Of a stretch of 64,000 nucleotides of DNA, positions 61,881-64,000 are shown one piece after another. This DNA comes from an uncultured Arcobacteraceae bacterium. Its GTDB lineage: Bacteria > Campylobacterota > Campylobacteria > Campylobacterales > Arcobacteraceae. The notes below the pieces were generated by a model. It did not search any database and was not told the origin of the DNA. It saw only the letters and a program-made list of their open reading frames with translations. Position numbers and translations under genes: made by a program. The first letter of the stretch is position 1, and every line of letters starts with the position of its first letter. The stretch covers positions 1 to 64,000 of the forward strand of contig CAXHZO010000003.1 in the NCBI GenBank assembly GCA_964022095.1, given 5' to 3'.

Positions 61881-63285
61881 ATTAATTGAAAAAAATATTA
61901 ATGAGATAAAAGCAGATATTGAAATCATTTTTGTAAATGATTTAGAAAACTGTGCTGATAAAGAGATTTTAGAGAGTATTGATTTTAAAGCAAAAGATGA
62001 AGCTTGTGTTTTATTAGCAGAATCTAAAAAGATTTATGTAGGTTTTGAAGAAGCGACATATGATTGTATTGCAATTGCTTCTGCAATAGCAATTAAAAAG
62101 CTTGCATCTACAAAATATGAGAATGTAAAAGTATCTTTAACTGATGATTTAGAAAAGAACTTTAAAGCTTTAATTGAAGGTGTTTTATTAGGTGAATATA
62201 AATTTACAAAATATAAATCACAAAAAGAAGAGAAGAAAAAACTAAATTTAGATATTGCAGTAAATACTAATAAAGAGCAATTAGAAGAGACTTTAAAAGA
62301 ATCAAAAACTATTGCAAAAGCAGTAAATAAAACTAGAGACATGGTAAATACACCACCTCAAGATTTTTATCCAGAAGTAATGGCAGATATTGCTAAAGAT
62401 TTAGCAAAAGATGCAAATATAGAAATAAAAGTTGAAGGGGAAAAGTATTTAAAGAAAAATAAAATGCTTACAATGTTAAGTGTTGGTAGAGCTTCAATTC
62501 ACGAATCAAAATTAATTCACTTAACTTATAAACCAAAAAATGCAAAGAAAAAAGTAGTATTAGTTGGTAAGGGTTTAACTTATGATTCAGGTGGATTATC
62601 ACTAAAACCAGCAGACTTTATGGTTACAATGAAATCAGATAAGTCTGGTGGCTGTGCAGTATTATCATCAATTTGGGCAATAGCAAAACTAGGGCTTGAT
62701 GTAGAAGTACATGCAATTGTTGGTGCTGTTGAAAATATGATTGGTGGAGATGCTTATAAACCTGATGATGTATTAACATCTAAAAATGGTAAAACAATTG
62801 AAGTTAGAAACACTGATGCTGAGGGTAGATTAGTATTAAGTGATTGTTTATGTTACGCACAAGATGAAATTAAAGATATTGATTATATTTTTGATTATGC
62901 AACATTAACTGGAGCTTGTGTTGTAGGTGTTGGTCAATATACAACTGGAGTTATGGGAAATTGTGATGACTTAAAATATAAAGCTGTAAGTAGTGCTAAA
63001 AAATCTGGTGAATATGCAACTTCATTAGATTTCAATAGATATTTAAGAAAAACTATTAAATCAGAAATTGCTGATATTGCAAATATTGCAAGCACTAGAT
63101 ATGGTGGGGCAATTACAGCTGGAATATTCTTAGATAATTTTATTTATGAAGAGAATAAAAACAAATGGATTCATTTTGATATTGCAGGACCTGCTTTTGT
63201 TGAAAAAGCTTGGGGTTATAATCCACATGGTGGAAGTGGAGCAGGGGTTAGATTTACTGTTGAACTACTAAAAAACCTTAAATAA
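61870..63285 (+). CDS. pepA: Leucyl aminopeptidase (M17)
   Basis: GKGLTYDSGG, NTDAEGRL, ATLTGA, HFDIAG. Confidence 0.95.
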   Translation: MKIKLIEKNINEIKADIEIIFVNDLENCADKEILESIDFKAKDEACVLLAESKKIYVGFEEATYDCIAIASAIAIKKLASTKYENVKVSLTDDLEKNFKALIEGVLLGEYKFTKYKSQKEEKKKLNLDIAVNTNKEQLEETLKESKTIAKAVNKTRDMVNTPPQDFYPEVMADIAKDLAKDANIEIKVEGEKYLKKNKMLTMLSVGRASIHESKLIHLTYKPKNAKKKVVLVGKGLTYDSGGLSLKPADFMVTMKSDKSGGCAVLSSIWAIAKLGLDVEVHAIVGAVENMIGGDAYKPDDVLTSKNGKTIEVRNTDAEGRLVLSDCLCYAQDEIKDIDYIFDYATLTGACVVGVGQYTTGVMGNCDDLKYKAVSSAKKSGEYATSLDFNRYLRKTIKSEIADIANIASTRYGGAITAGIFLDNFIYEENKNKWIHFDIAGPAFVEKAWGYNPHGGSGAGVRFTVELLKNLK

Positions 63286-63294
63286 AAAGTATAT

Positions 63295-63321
63295 ATTTAC
63301 AGCACAAAATGTGCTGTAAAT
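63295..63321. terminator. Bidirectional terminator between convergent pepA and ppk2
   Basis: Perfect stem ATTTACAGCACA-aaa-TGTGCTGTAAAT. Confidence 0.75.
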
Positions 63322-63325
63322 TATA

Positions 63326-64000
63326 TTAGTTTTTTCTAATATTTTGATTCATAATCTCTAACTCTTTTTCAGCTGAAATTACAATATCTGAATCTACTTC
63401 AAAGTTAATTCTTAAATCTCTTTTTTCATAATCTACTTTATTTAAAATTGTTTTAATTGCATTTATTCTAGCAGTAAATTTATCATCACTTCTAATAATT
63501 GTCCAAGGAGAAGCTTCTGTATTAGTCTCTTTTAACATTCTATATTTTTTTTCTGTGAACTCTTCCCATCTTTCTTGCATTTGCATGTCAATTTCACTAA
63601 GTTTCCATTGTTTTAATGGATTTTTTTCTCGTTCTTCAAATCTATTAGCTTGCTCTTCTTTTGAAACTGAAAAATAAATTTTTAAAAAATGAACACCATG
63701 TTCAATTACATTTTCTTCAAAATTTGTAACGGTATTCATAAATGTTTCATACTCATCTTCTGTACAAAAACCAAATACAGGTTCAACCATAGATCTGTTA
63801 TACCAACTCCTATCAAATATAACTATTTCTCCAGCTTTTGGAAAGTTTTGGATATATCTTTGAAAGTACCACTGACTTTTCTCTACATCTGAAGGTTTAC
63901 CTAAAGCTACAACTCTATAATGTTTTTCATTCATATATCTAGTGATTCTTCTAATAGCACCACCTTTTCCAGAAGCATCTCTTCCTTCAACTAATATAAT
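63326..64000 (-). CDS. ppk2: Polyphosphate kinase 2 (5' end beyond the window)
   Basis: EGRDASGKGG in the upstream open frame, FDRSWYNR, WKLS, PWTII. Confidence 0.93.
   Translation of the reverse strand: MILVEGRDASGKGGAIRRITRYMNEKHYRVVALGKPSDVEKSQWYFQRYIQNFPKAGEIVIFDRSWYNRSMVEPVFGFCTEDEYETFMNTVTNFEENVIEHGVHFLKIYFSVSKEEQANRFEEREKNPLKQWKLSEIDMQMQERWEEFTEKKYRMLKETNTEASPWTIIRSDDKFTARINAIKTILNKVDYEKRDLRINFEVDSDIVISAEKELEIMNQNIRKN

Overview
AT-rich chromosomal window from a Campylobacterota bacterium, most consistent with Arcobacteraceae (judged from protein sequences and the pyrH-rpoZ-spoT-tyrS-fabX-amiA and cvpA-lysS-glyA synteny). Most of it is housekeeping genes. The accessory part (about 12.9-33.1 kb) is an ABC-transporter-dependent (group 2/3-type) capsule locus on the minus strand: kpsMTED, a full Kdo supply set (kdsC, kdsA, kpsF, kdsB), wecB, two glycosyltransferases, an O-acyltransferase, kpsC and kpsS. 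kpsC is split into two separately translated halves with a HipBA-like toxin-antitoxin pair between them. A three-gene hydrolase-like/cytochrome P450/small membrane protein operon (resembling C. jejuni Cj1412c-Cj1411c-Cj1410c) converges on kpsS. Other points: a Fic-HTH gene between uvrB and nth, an OprC-like copper TonB receptor with an upstream direct repeat, a solitary Pol-beta-type nucleotidyltransferase, an amidase that appears to need an ATT start codon, an unannotated 36-aa membrane peptide, and a signal-peptide-bearing ATP-dependent DNA ligase. No rRNA, tRNA, CRISPR array or transposase was seen. All assignments come from motif recognition by eye; no database searches were run.
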